This document shows, piece after piece, positions 37,154-46,202 of a DNA stretch of 49,330 nucleotides. Source of the DNA: Veleropilina oligotropha. Taxonomy: Eukaryota. Position 1 is the first letter of the stretch. Each line of letters opens with the position of its first letter. The translations under genes and the position numbers were made by a program. The stretch is from positions 1-49,330 of the forward strand of contig JBEUKZ010000056.1 of NCBI GenBank assembly GCA_048128005.1. Reading direction: 5' to 3'. Below the pieces are notes generated by a model. The model saw only the letters and a list, made by a program, of their open reading frames with translations, was not told the DNA's origin and made no database searches.

Positions 37154-37575
37154 GGGCCCGTTGCTTTCGTTAAACCGTTTGCAACTGTTTCCGATTTGCC
37201 AAAGCAATGTCATGCTATGACGTAACGGTTACCTAGCGATGCGTAGCGATTGGTAGCGTAAGATCTTTGCCCTACCTTTACAATCAACAATAGCGTCAAG
37301 TACACGTCGAGGGCATCGTTAGCTCGCTACGCGTATCATTGACAATGGACTGAACGATGAGAAAATCTGGTATCTCAAAATACAACGTACGCTAATTCCT
37401 CATGATTTTGTATGTTTTCTTCTTATGTTCGATTATTTAATAAATATTCACCTAAAAGTAACGCATTTTTTCCATAACGACGCCATATTGTCAATCGCTT
37501 TTGACGTTGCTTTGTCAATGCCGCTACGTAATAACCGTTACCGATAGCAAACGGTTTAATGAAAGCAACGCGCCC
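37154..37575. mobile_element. PIF/Harbinger-like MITE
   Basis: TIR GGGCCCGTTGCTTTCGTTAAACCGTTTGC versus GCAAACGGTTTAATGAAAGCAACGCGCCC, flanked by CTG and CAG. Confidence 0.7.
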
Positions 37576-38919
37576 CAGGTAGATCAAGGTCGATGTTCAA
37601 TATCCCACTTTAAATACTCTTCACGGTATACCAGGACACCTCCATATCATTGACATTTTTTGTCTAGACAGACCTTGTATTACGCACATATTAAAACATA
37701 ATCGCTATATGCTACAACAAAGTGTTGACGTCATGTCTACATTATAATAAAGGCATCAAACTTTATGTTTACGCAATAATAACAAGAACTATTCCAAAGC
37801 AAAATACCTGTTCCTGGTTGTTTCAATTTTGCATGTCAAGTGTCAAGACCGTATATGTCATAATTATCCGTTTTACCATATTAACAGGAAATTACTGATG
37901 TGTATTCCTGGAGCGTAGTCTTTTGATCAAATAATAATATATTGCATCTGCCGCAGCGGATATTAAGTAAATGGTAAGTTGGCAGATGACGTAACCAATT
38001 TATTTTAATGCATTATGAGACAATTGATTTTTCTATTATGCATGCCTGGGTTCCATGTATCATTCTCAGACAACAAAGTGTAAAACTAATGATTAAACCA
38101 GTGTTAAAATAGGTAGTGTCATTAGAAGTATTTACTTACGGCTTCGATTCAAACCGAACTTATTTTCCTGTAGCTTAACGAGAGCTGCCCAATAATTTGA
38201 ATTTTTCTCTTATTTCTTGTCTAGTTACTGCAAATAATATTAAATAGTAAATGAACACATGCGAAATTTTTGTGGAAATTGTCGTGCCTTAAGTGTATGC
38301 ATGCTGTGTTGTAATATCAATTTCGAACTCGTAAAAACAAAATGTGAATTGGTTTGGATCGATGGCGTTTCAAACAACATTCAGTTTAATACCAGGACAT
38401 GCCCATAATTATTATCTCGAGAGGAAGGCCCCTTCGGCCAAGATAAATCTCCCTCACCAGCCAATTATGATCAACTGTGAACAAAATGCTCATTCAATTC
38501 TTCGATCCCACTCCTGTGTTAATCAGAGCAGTCAAGCGAGCTAATTGAGAGCCCACGCTCGAAAATACGAAGAAATGACTGCGAAGTTACATACGCTAAC
38601 ATAATATCTTGTTTGCAATCTCATTAACCGTTTGTCTGAGCTAGAATGACGGTTCATGTATGTTCAATTTGGTATATTCGCATCTAATCGAAAACCGAAA
38701 TATCAGAGTTCGCATCTAGTCGAAAATGCAAAATTGTTTGAAGTAACCGACATGCCTCCGAGTTGGTGTAATCGGATTAACCTATTGATGTTGCCGACAC
38801 CTTAACGTGAACTCAGTAAGCATTATTCAGAATTTAATACTGACAAAAATACTGACTATTTCTCAGGTCTAAAAAGTATATATATGTTACGTAAATTATG
38901 AAGCTCCATTCATTTTCAT

Positions 38920-39683
38920 AATGTAAAATGCTCAGATAAATGTAGAATTTCTTCCAAGCAATCGCAAAAACGGTCGTTACATCGCCTGGTAAGGATTTCT
39001 TTATAAAGTGAACAAAGTTAACAACGATAAGACGTATTGGAAATGTTTTACATTAAGATGCAAGCGACTCTCTGTACGATCAATGATCATATCCAAAGTT
39101 GGACCAGAACACAATCACGCTACAATGGATACGGACATCACAACCCTTAAAATAAAGAATAGCTGTTGACAACGCGCAAAGAAAGAAGTAACCCCTTTAC
39201 GAAGAAGAACTGTCCAAACTACGACGAGGCCCTGTTCTTCCGTTAGTGCCAGAGCATTTGGTGGTAGAAGTCTGGTTGTATGCCATATCGGTAATGCCAG
39301 ATGATGGGAGATGCCTTCGTCTATCCGACTACGTTGTCAACCAATGGCTGGAAGGAGAACTGACGATATCCGAATTGAATCACGACACCACCATCGGGCC
39401 TCGTACGAACAATCACCTTGAAGGTTAGCACAGGAAAATAAACACGCAGAAACAGAAGGCACATCCCAACGTTTTCGAACTAATAAACGAACTTCGGCGC
39501 ATCCAGTCCAGCAATGAAGTGAAAATTGTGCAATACAACGCCGGCAAAAGATTCCTCCAAAGAACAATAAATACAAAACACTGCAACGAAGATTAGAACA
39601 TCTTCAACAGAGACATCGTAACAACGAAATCAACATGTTCGAATTCGCAAGAGATGCATCATTTTTGTCTAAGTTAGGTAACT
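38920..39683 (+). pseudogene. MULE transposase remnant (FLYWCH-like finger and C-terminal region)
   Basis: FLYKVNK..KTYWKC..C..HNH, then QWL..PRTNNHLEG*HRKIN..HPNVFELI. The central DDE region is missing. Confidence 0.75.
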
Positions 39684-39852
39684 AGTCAGTGAATATAAAT
39701 ATTTCGCACTATGTCATATATTTACATGTAAATTAGGTAACTACTGTTGTTCGTATTACTTATATATATTCACGGATTGTGTCATCGAATGTATTTTGTA
39801 TATTTGTTAATGCTGTATATGAGGATTAAGAGTAATCCCTTGTATCTATAAT

Positions 39853-40058
39853 AATATACTTACGTCCTTACTAATGCCATAATAAGCCTATTATCGCTAA
39901 ATCCGGACAAGGTGGAAATGGTAATTTGCACTTCTTTTAGTAAATTGAACCCAGCTGACCCCCTGACCTGCTCGACCTCCTCCAGTTCATGTCCAGTAAG
40001 AGCTCGCCAACTCCCGCGAGATCTTCTTGACCAAGGGTCAAGACCTCATCCGAAGTTT
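39853..40058. repeat. DIRS-B 3' ITR (inverse of 47002-47207)
   Basis: No mismatch seen over 206 bp. Confidence 0.95.
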
Positions 40059-40122
40059 ATGCAAACCCCAAGACAAAGAACTTATATAAGAGGGGAGGTG
40101 CGAAGCAGGGTGGGCCAAGTGG

Positions 40123-40212
40123 GTAAGGACGTAAGTATATTATTATAGATACAAGGGATTACTCTTAATCCTCATATCTATATCAAATATACTTACGTCC
40201 TTACTAATGCCA
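40123..40212. other. DIRS-B ICR
   Basis: 40123-40174 is complementary to the left terminus and 40175-40212 to the right terminus. Confidence 0.95.
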
Positions 40213-40284
40213 AGAATAACTTTGGTTGGCGGAGTTATAAGTTCCATACACCAAAATTAAAACTTACTTGTTACCAGAAGACGA

Positions 40285-40565
40285 CGCTTTAGCGTTGAGA
40301 TCGAGTCCGTTCAGAGTGGATTTTACTGAGCATCAAATCTACCCTTACCCCGAGGTGAGATTTCGACCAAGAAATCTGGGAAAACACGCCAGGGATGTTA
40401 GTCGGACGGGTAACACGAAAGTGCATGTAGCTCCGGACACCGGCGGAAGGTATACCTTGAGGCACTCGTGTCATGAGCAAAACAGTGATCTGAATATTCC
40501 GGACTCAAAGGTCGGCAGACAGAAAACTGCAAGACGTGGTTTTTAGAAGCACCCGAACCTAGGCA
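40285..40565. ncRNA. Candidate structured RNA (or ssDNA) element in the DIRS 3' non-coding region; homologue at ~23235-23515
   Basis: Conserved blocks with indels and four compensatory pair changes between the two DIRS copies. Function and strand are unproven. Confidence 0.55.
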
Positions 40566-40994
40566 GGTAGATAGTGTTATAAAACCGTGACAATTATCAA
40601 TAGATTGAAGAAAATTTCAATAACTTCATCTTGAATAATAAACTTTTGCATGTCCAACATGCAAAATGTCAACATGATACATGTTACTTAAATAATTTTT
40701 AGTAGAGAATAATAATAAAAATTTTCAATGTACGCACATTGAAATGTTCTGAGACAGCAGAAGAACATTTTAAAATAATATTATTTACCAAAAAGCATTA
40801 TTAAGATTTAATAATATAAATGTCTACATCCAATGTGGGCATTGCTTCATATTAACTCAGTATGAATAATAATTTCAATTTCTTAATCAGGTTAAGAAAG
40901 AAATAACATTGGAATAAATTCTAAAGGTGATTTCAATGTACACAAATAGAATTACATTATATTACCTCAGTGTCTGGTGAAATCCACAAACCAA

Positions 40995-43955
40995 TCACTG
41001 TCGGGATGACCCGGATCCCGTGATACATTGTTGTCCTGCCGCCACAAAGGAAATCCGATGTTCACCCTCAGCCGTGGTCGCATAATCATGCAGGTAAAAG
41101 CGAACAAAGGTATTTGCGTTCTTCCAATAACAAGCCTTCAAGATTTCATTGATATTCAAATTATATTTGAAGGCTAACGAAGAGGCTACTGCCCGTGTCT
41201 CGTGCGCGTGAATTGAAACGAGATCTCGTTCTGGCTCATGTGACCGGGAGTAAATCTCCTTAACAACAGAGACAATCCAACGTGAAACAGTCGATTTGCG
41301 AATGTCGCGGTGGAATTGAGGCATATGGCTAACGAATAAATTCTTTTTACCGTGCCGTAAGTCTCGGGTGCGATCCAGGTAGAACCTCAGCGCGCGGACC
41401 GGGCAGTTGAGGCGGTCGATATCATTTCTATCCAGCATGGAGAGGTTACGAATACAAACCTCGGGACTGATATCATCAGGTCGTTGTGTCTTCGCTAGGA
41501 AGCCAAGGACAGTACGCAGTGTCACCGACCCATCGGTGTGGAAGTGTATGTCTCGAAGCTCTCCGGATAACGCGTGTATCTCCGAGGCCCGGTTACCCGT
41601 GGCGAGGGCGGTTAGAAATACGGTCTTATAAGTGAGATTTTTGAGGGAACACTCACTCATAGGCTCGTACGGGCCTCTAAGTAAAGCATTGAGAACTAAC
41701 AAAACATTCCAAGCGGGCGGTCGCACTCGCTGAATGGGCCGTTCGAGTTGATAGGAGCGTATGAAGTCCGATATAGTTTTGTCGGTAGACAAGCGGGTGT
41801 GCTCGCGGCATTGCCGTAACGTTGTAGCTACGCATGAACGGTAGCCTTTGACTGCGGAAATTGACATTCCCCGTTCTAGCAACGACGATAAGAACTCGAT
41901 AAATTTGGTCACAGGGGGGCGGAATATATTGACTTGCCGCCCGCGACACCAATCCACAAACTTTTTCCATCGGTAGTCATATACCCTTGTCGTAGATTGT
42001 CTTCTAGATCGGTAAATGCGCTGGGCTGTCGCTCTAGAAAAGCCCTTCTTAATGAGCGATCTCTCGATAGTCGCCAGGCGTGAAAGTGAAACTCGTTCGC
42101 CGACGGGTGTAGAACCCGACTGCGTGGTTGAGACAACAGGTCTGCCATCTGCGGTAGCGCTCGTGGCTGATCGATGAGTAGATCCAGAAGTGTCGGAAAC
42201 CAGGACTGCGTTCGTTGTAGAGGTGCTATTAGCGTCAACTCGCAGTCTTCGCGGGTCGCTTTCCGTAGTACTTGTGCCAACATGCACGACGGTGGGAAGG
42301 CGTAGGCGATCAGATTCTCCCATCTCATTGACAGAGCGTCGACCGCAATAGCGGCCGGGTCCGGGTAAGGAGACACATAGAGAGGGAGTCGGTGATTGAA
42401 TTCGGTTGCGAATAAATCGACTTGAGGTGTCGACCACAGGCGACAGACATCTCGGGCTACACGGGCGTGTAGCGTCCACTCTGTGTGAATAATCTGTGTT
42501 TTCCGAGAGAGCGTATCCGCTCTGACATTCAGCTTCCCCGGGATGTGTCGGGCTCGAATTGACGAGTTGAGTGACATCACTAGGCGGTGCAGGTCTATCG
42601 CTCGGTCGCAAAGCGGACGGGAGCGAGTGCCGCCCTGGTGCTGGATGTAAGCGACGACAGTCGTGTTGTCCGTTGCTAGCATTATGTGCTTGTTTTGGAG
42701 ATGTGACGAGAGGGACTGTACTGACAGGTAGACGGCCTCTAACTCTAGGAAGTTGATGTGTCGTCCCTGAAGGTCCGTAGGCCAGAGGCCCGATGTCTCG
42801 TGACTGTCGAAGTGACCTCCCCAGCCCTCGTTTGACGCGTCCGTGAAGAGGTAGGCGTTCGGTTCTGGGGGGGATATTGGAACCGACTGGCTCGGCAGGG
42901 AAGTATTCAACCACACTGCTGTCGTGCGATTGAACCAATGCCGTAGATCGATGCGATCCGTCCACTGTCCCGTACGTTGTATCCAGCGGTCCTTGAAGGC
43001 CTGCTGCAACGGTCGTTTGTCCATGCGACCTGTCGGTAACAGGGGAGCTACCGACTCGATGTGCCCTAGGACAGTGGCCAGTCGTCGCGCTGTAGTTATC
43101 CGTGAAGACTTCGTTTCTAGTATAACTGCGCGTAGGTTCTCTATACGTTTCTGAGTCGGTTTCGCGGTGTACCGGACCGTGTCGAATTCGACCCCTAGAA
43201 ATATAAACGTCGTCGAGGGCACGAAGCAGGATTTGTCGTTGTTGATCTGTAATCCCAGGCGCTTCGCCGATGACAGGGTAACGCTCATAGACTGGAGGCA
43301 CTGATCCCGGGACGCCCCGAGAATCAACCAGTCGTCGAGGTACATGTGTACTCTGTGCCCTCGCGAGTGTAGGAAGGCCCCGAGAGCCTGTACTACTCGC
43401 GTGAAGACGTACGGGGCTGACGATAGACCGAACGGTAGACACCTGAACTGGTAGATCGTTCCCCCGTGAACAAACCGTAGGTACCGGTGAGCCGAGATAT
43501 GCATCGGAACGTGTAGGTACGCATCGGTTAAGTCGATAGACGCTGCCCAGTCGCCCGGACGGATGGCCGTTCGTATCTTCGAGAGTGTTTCTTGCTTGAA
43601 CTTCTCGGTACGAAGATACTGGTTGAGGAACGACAGATCGAGGATCGGTCGCCAACGGCCGTCGGGTTTCGGGACCAGGAAAAAGTGGCTGTAATATCCT
43701 GGTGTGCTGGGCGGCGCGGGATAGATCGCTCTCTTTGAGAGTAAATCCCGCACTGCCTGGTCTAGGACCGCTTGTTTTTCTCCTATCAGGAGACGAGCGC
43801 GTCCTGGTGGTGGTGTCGCGTCTAGGGTTGGATGCCGGTCGAATGCCAACTTGTATCCGGCACTCACGACTGAGTGAACCCAGTTGTCCTCTGTCATTTC
43901 CAGCCAGGACAGGCTGTACTCTAACAGACACGCTCCCACCGGCGGAAGCGTGCAA
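40995..43955 (-). CDS. DIRS ORF3: tyrosine recombinase with long N-terminal extension overlapping pol
   Basis: LALATGNRASE (R), AKT (K), AHETR (HxxR), YWKNANTFVRFY (W, Y). SAM-like N-terminal part RRQSTTRVYDYRWKKF. True start unknown. Confidence 0.93.
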   Translation of the reverse strand: MHASAGGSVSVRVQPVLAGNDRGQLGSLSRECRIQVGIRPASNPRRDTTTRTRSSPDRRKTSGPRPGSAGFTLKESDLSRAAQHTRILQPLFPGPETRRPLATDPRSVVPQPVSSYREVQARNTLEDTNGHPSGRLGSVYRLNRCVPTRSDAYLGSPVPTVCSRGNDLPVQVSTVRSIVSPVRLHASSTGSRGLPTLARAQSTHVPRRLVDSRGVPGSVPPVYERYPVIGEAPGITDQQRQILLRALDDVYISRGRIRHGPVHRETDSETYREPTRSYTRNEVFTDNYSATTGHCPRAHRVGSSPVTDRSHGQTTVAAGLQGPLDTTYGTVDGSHRSTALVQSHDSSVVEYFPAEPVGSNIPPRTERLPLHGRVKRGLGRSLRQSRDIGPLAYGPSGTTHQLPRVRGRLPVSTVPLVTSPKQAHNASNGQHDCRRLHPAPGRHSLPSALRPSDRPAPPSDVTQLVNSSPTHPGEAECQSGYALSENTDYSHRVDATRPCSPRCLSPVVDTSSRFIRNRIQSPTPSLCVSLPGPGRYCGRRSVNEMGESDRLRLPTVVHVGTSTTESDPRRLRVDANSTSTTNAVLVSDTSGSTHRSATSATADGRPVVSTTQSGSTPVGERVSLSRLATIERSLIKKGFSRATAQRIYRSRRQSTTRVYDYRWKKFVDWCRGRQVNIFRPPVTKFIEFLSSLLERGMSISAVKGYRSCVATTLRQCREHTRLSTDKTISDFIRSYQLERPIQRVRPPAWNVLLVLNALLRGPYEPMSECSLKNLTYKTVFLTALATGNRASEIHALSGELRDIHFHTDGSVTLRTVLGFLAKTQRPDDISPEVCIRNLSMLDRNDIDRLNCPVRALRFYLDRTRDLRHGKKNLFVSHMPQFHRDIRKSTVSRWIVSVVKEIYSRSHEPERDLVSIHAHETRAVASSLAFKYNLNINEILKACYWKNANTFVRFYLHDYATTAEGEHRISFVAAGQQCITGSGSSRQ

Positions 43956-44296
43956 CTGAGCTCGTCGCGAGCGCCGGCAACCCTAGGGCCGCGGCTTCCC
44001 TCTCCCGCTCTGACGGGATTTCGTCGGAGGTGTTTTCTTCGCGACAGGTTTATTGGCCTGAGAAGGCCGACCCGGCGAAGGTTTAACACGCTTGGAAGGC
44101 GTATGAGACCGGGACGGTCTCGAGCGCTTCCTAGAGGTAGCAGTCGGCGTGCTCCGAGGAGTAGCCAAGACTGCCTTCTCGATTGCGCGATCCTTGAGGT
44201 CAGCCGCTCGCTTCTCGACAAATTCGGGGAATTTGTCTCCGAAGAGAGTAGAGGCCGACAACGGTACACAACGTAGAGACTGCCGGGTGGCGTCAT
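41909..44296 (-). CDS. pol: DIRS ORF2: reverse transcriptase, RNase H and Dam-like N6-adenine methyltransferase domain
   Basis: FLVPKPDG.WRPILDL, DLTDAYLH, LPFGL, YLDD; TDAS, INFLEL, DNTT, NVRAD; VDLFA..AYAFPP..LIAP..W. True start unknown. Confidence 0.97.
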   Translation of the reverse strand: MTPPGSLYVVYRCRPLLSSETNSPNLSRSERLTSRIAQSRRQSWLLLGARRLLPLGSARDRPGLIRLPSVLNLRRVGLLRPINLSRRKHLRRNPVRAGEGSRGPRVAGARDELSCTLPPVGACLLEYSLSWLEMTEDNWVHSVVSAGYKLAFDRHPTLDATPPPGRARLLIGEKQAVLDQAVRDLLSKRAIYPAPPSTPGYYSHFFLVPKPDGRWRPILDLSFLNQYLRTEKFKQETLSKIRTAIRPGDWAASIDLTDAYLHVPMHISAHRYLRFVHGGTIYQFRCLPFGLSSAPYVFTRVVQALGAFLHSRGHRVHMYLDDWLILGASRDQCLQSMSVTLSSAKRLGLQINNDKSCFVPSTTFIFLGVEFDTVRYTAKPTQKRIENLRAVILETKSSRITTARRLATVLGHIESVAPLLPTGRMDKRPLQQAFKDRWIQRTGQWTDRIDLRHWFNRTTAVWLNTSLPSQSVPISPPEPNAYLFTDASNEGWGGHFDSHETSGLWPTDLQGRHINFLELEAVYLSVQSLSSHLQNKHIMLATDNTTVVAYIQHQGGTRSRPLCDRAIDLHRLVMSLNSSIRARHIPGKLNVRADTLSRKTQIIHTEWTLHARVARDVCRLWSTPQVDLFATEFNHRLPLYVSPYPDPAAIAVDALSMRWENLIAYAFPPSCMLAQVLRKATREDCELTLIAPLQRTQSWFPTLLDLLIDQPRALPQMADLLSQPRSRVLHPSANEFHFHAWRLSRDRSLRRAFLERQPSAFTDLEDNLRQGYMTTDGKSLWIGVAGGKSIYSAPL

Positions 44297-46202
44297 CTAG
44301 CGTGGTGCCGTCTAGGCAAGCGTCTCTACGAAGTAGGACAGCATTGCCTAAGGATCGGGCTGACTCCGACGCGGAGTGCTCCGTGGAGGCGGCAACCTCT
44401 TCGAGAAAGGACAGTGCGATCTCACGAGCGCGGGGTCCGTTCTCTTGTAGTACGGTAATGGCTCCGTCTAGGAAAAAATCCTGGATAGAGGCATGCCGTA
44501 GAGCCCGACGAGCGGAGCTCTCAAAGCCCTCCATGGCGACCCATGGGACTTTGACCACTGAGGGAGCTGTGCTGGCCGACAGTCGACGCATCGCTGCATC
44601 GATCTGAACCGGCTCAGTCTCCAGACACGCCCCAGAGCATCCGATCGAAATCGGACGCTTACCGGGTCGGAGGTACTTCCCTTTACGGAGACCACGAGGG
44701 TACTCTGTTAATGAGGAAGTCTCCACCGATTTGGGTCCCTGAATGGATTTGGTCGCCGAGTCGAGGACGAGCGAGACCAACCCAGACTGGGGTAGGGTAG
44801 GAAGCAGGGGGGCTTCCGGCCCATCAAATCGACGTGCCGCTGTCCTGTGCCTGACGAAGCCTACCGGCAGAGCCGGGTCGGGCAAGTCTAGCACCCCGCG
44901 AAGCGACGCGACAGCGTCGTATCTTCTGCGGGTGGCGGAGATGGTCTCATGCGTGCCCGACTGACTACAAGAGTCGTCCGGTCCGACCGATTCAGGGAGG
45001 TCAGAGTGAGTGGAAGCACTGTCCTCGTCGGAACGAGGATCGACTTCCATCACCGAAGCATGAGCCGAGCCCGGCGTTACGGTCAGAGACGTTGGGACCT
45101 GGGGCGGCTGGGTAGCCGGTTGCCAGGACCTACAACGTGCCTCGACTTCCATCGCAATCATTGCCTGGACGCTCTCAAGAGAGAAACCCGGAGGCATGAC
45201 GGACGTCGGACCAACAGCCATTGGTCCGCTCGAGGTTACCGTAGCGCATGGGGGACGGGCTGCACGGACAGGTGGAGCCGAGTACCAGGGACTCGGGTTA
45301 CCTGTCGGGAAACCGCTACCAGGGAAACGGCCCGGAGGCGCGTTAAACGGAGCGAGCGACCCGTAAGACAGCGACCACAGTCCATACGGGTCTGTAACCC
45401 TGCTCGGGTGAGGCACGGGGGTATACCCGCCGTACGCCTCAGCCCCGAACGCAGCCGATCCTACCACACCACCCGGGACGTCTTGAAAAGAACCGTCAGA
45501 GGAGGTTGGCCTTCCATCACTCTCGTGGGCTCCGACAGTGGCGATATTAGCCTTTAAGCTAGCGCCATTGTCGGACGAGAGGACGGGTTGCGTCGAGCGT
45601 CTGGGACTTCGACCACGGTCGTGGTGCCCAGCAACTGTATCGACTTTTTCTGCTAGTCTCCTTCGCCTCTTTTCAGAGGTTACTTGACTCACAGAAGGAC
45701 TAACGCTGCCTTGCTCCTCCGAGGCCGGAGGAGAGGTAAGGTTTTGTCTGCCCTGTACAGCTTTTCGCCGCGGCGCTCGATGTATCTCACTGGCCGGCAA
45801 GATACTTTGAGCAGCGGTTACTAGGCCCAAAGGAGAGGTATCGGTCGGAACTCGGTCCCTTACCTGAATCTGAGATCCCGACGATTCCGGGACTTTCCCC
45901 AAAGTCTCGGAGGTGTCGTCGGGCCCACCACGGCTACCATCAAGAGGGTCTGAAAGAGAAAGTGAAGGGTTAAAACCTGTCTCTAGCCTCTGGAGCTTCT
46001 CGGTGGATGCCCCCTCGGAAGAAGATACCCTGGTTGTCTTCTCCGAAGGGAAAAGAGTCTCCCACTGCCGACTCGTCAGTGTTACGCAATGCCCACATGG
46101 ATGGTCCTTATCGCTAGAACATACACGGTGAAAAGTGCATTCGGAGTGCTTGTCAAAACCACGGATTTTCTGTCGGCACTCGGAAACACTGCAATGCTTC
46201 AT
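43983..46202 (-). CDS. gag: DIRS ORF1 gag-like protein with N-terminal Cys/His finger
   Basis: ATG at 46202: MKHCSVSEC..DKHSECTFHRVC..PCGHC. Low-complexity middle, LLRRD..LFG conserved block, basic C-terminus. Confidence 0.9.
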   Translation of the reverse strand: MKHCSVSECRQKIRGFDKHSECTFHRVCSSDKDHPCGHCVTLTSRQWETLFPSEKTTRVSSSEGASTEKLQRLETGFNPSLSLSDPLDGSRGGPDDTSETLGKVPESSGSQIQVRDRVPTDTSPLGLVTAAQSILPASEIHRAPRRKAVQGRQNLTSPPASEEQGSVSPSVSQVTSEKRRRRLAEKVDTVAGHHDRGRSPRRSTQPVLSSDNGASLKANIATVGAHESDGRPTSSDGSFQDVPGGVVGSAAFGAEAYGGYTPVPHPSRVTDPYGLWSLSYGSLAPFNAPPGRFPGSGFPTGNPSPWYSAPPVRAARPPCATVTSSGPMAVGPTSVMPPGFSLESVQAMIAMEVEARCRSWQPATQPPQVPTSLTVTPGSAHASVMEVDPRSDEDSASTHSDLPESVGPDDSCSQSGTHETISATRRRYDAVASLRGVLDLPDPALPVGFVRHRTAARRFDGPEAPLLPTLPQSGLVSLVLDSATKSIQGPKSVETSSLTEYPRGLRKGKYLRPGKRPISIGCSGACLETEPVQIDAAMRRLSASTAPSVVKVPWVAMEGFESSARRALRHASIQDFFLDGAITVLQENGPRAREIALSFLEEVAASTEHSASESARSLGNAVLLRRDACLDGTTLDDATRQSLRCVPLSASTLFGDKFPEFVEKRAADLKDRAIEKAVLATPRSTPTATSRKRSRPSRSHTPSKRVKPSPGRPSQANKPVAKKTPPTKSRQSGRGKPRP

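Noticed and set aside
39912..40148. Identical short ORF starts in both ITRs (also 46933-47148)
   Set aside because: A consequence of ITR identity. Not conserved as protein in the DIRS-A ITR.
40285..40565. Resemblance to known ribozymes: group I P7-like TAGTCGGAC, hairpin-ribozyme loop-B-like GGATTTTAC/GAAAACAC, hammerhead, group II domain V
   Set aside because: The partner strands or catalytic motifs needed for each (CAGACUA, flanking helices, CUGANGA core, AGC triad) are not present in both copies. No assignment is supportable by eye.
44149..45557. Plus-strand ORFs antisense to the DIRS genes (also 25122-28390) and to the L2 (30032-32561)
   Set aside because: Short shadow ORFs of coding DNA with no recognisable domains.
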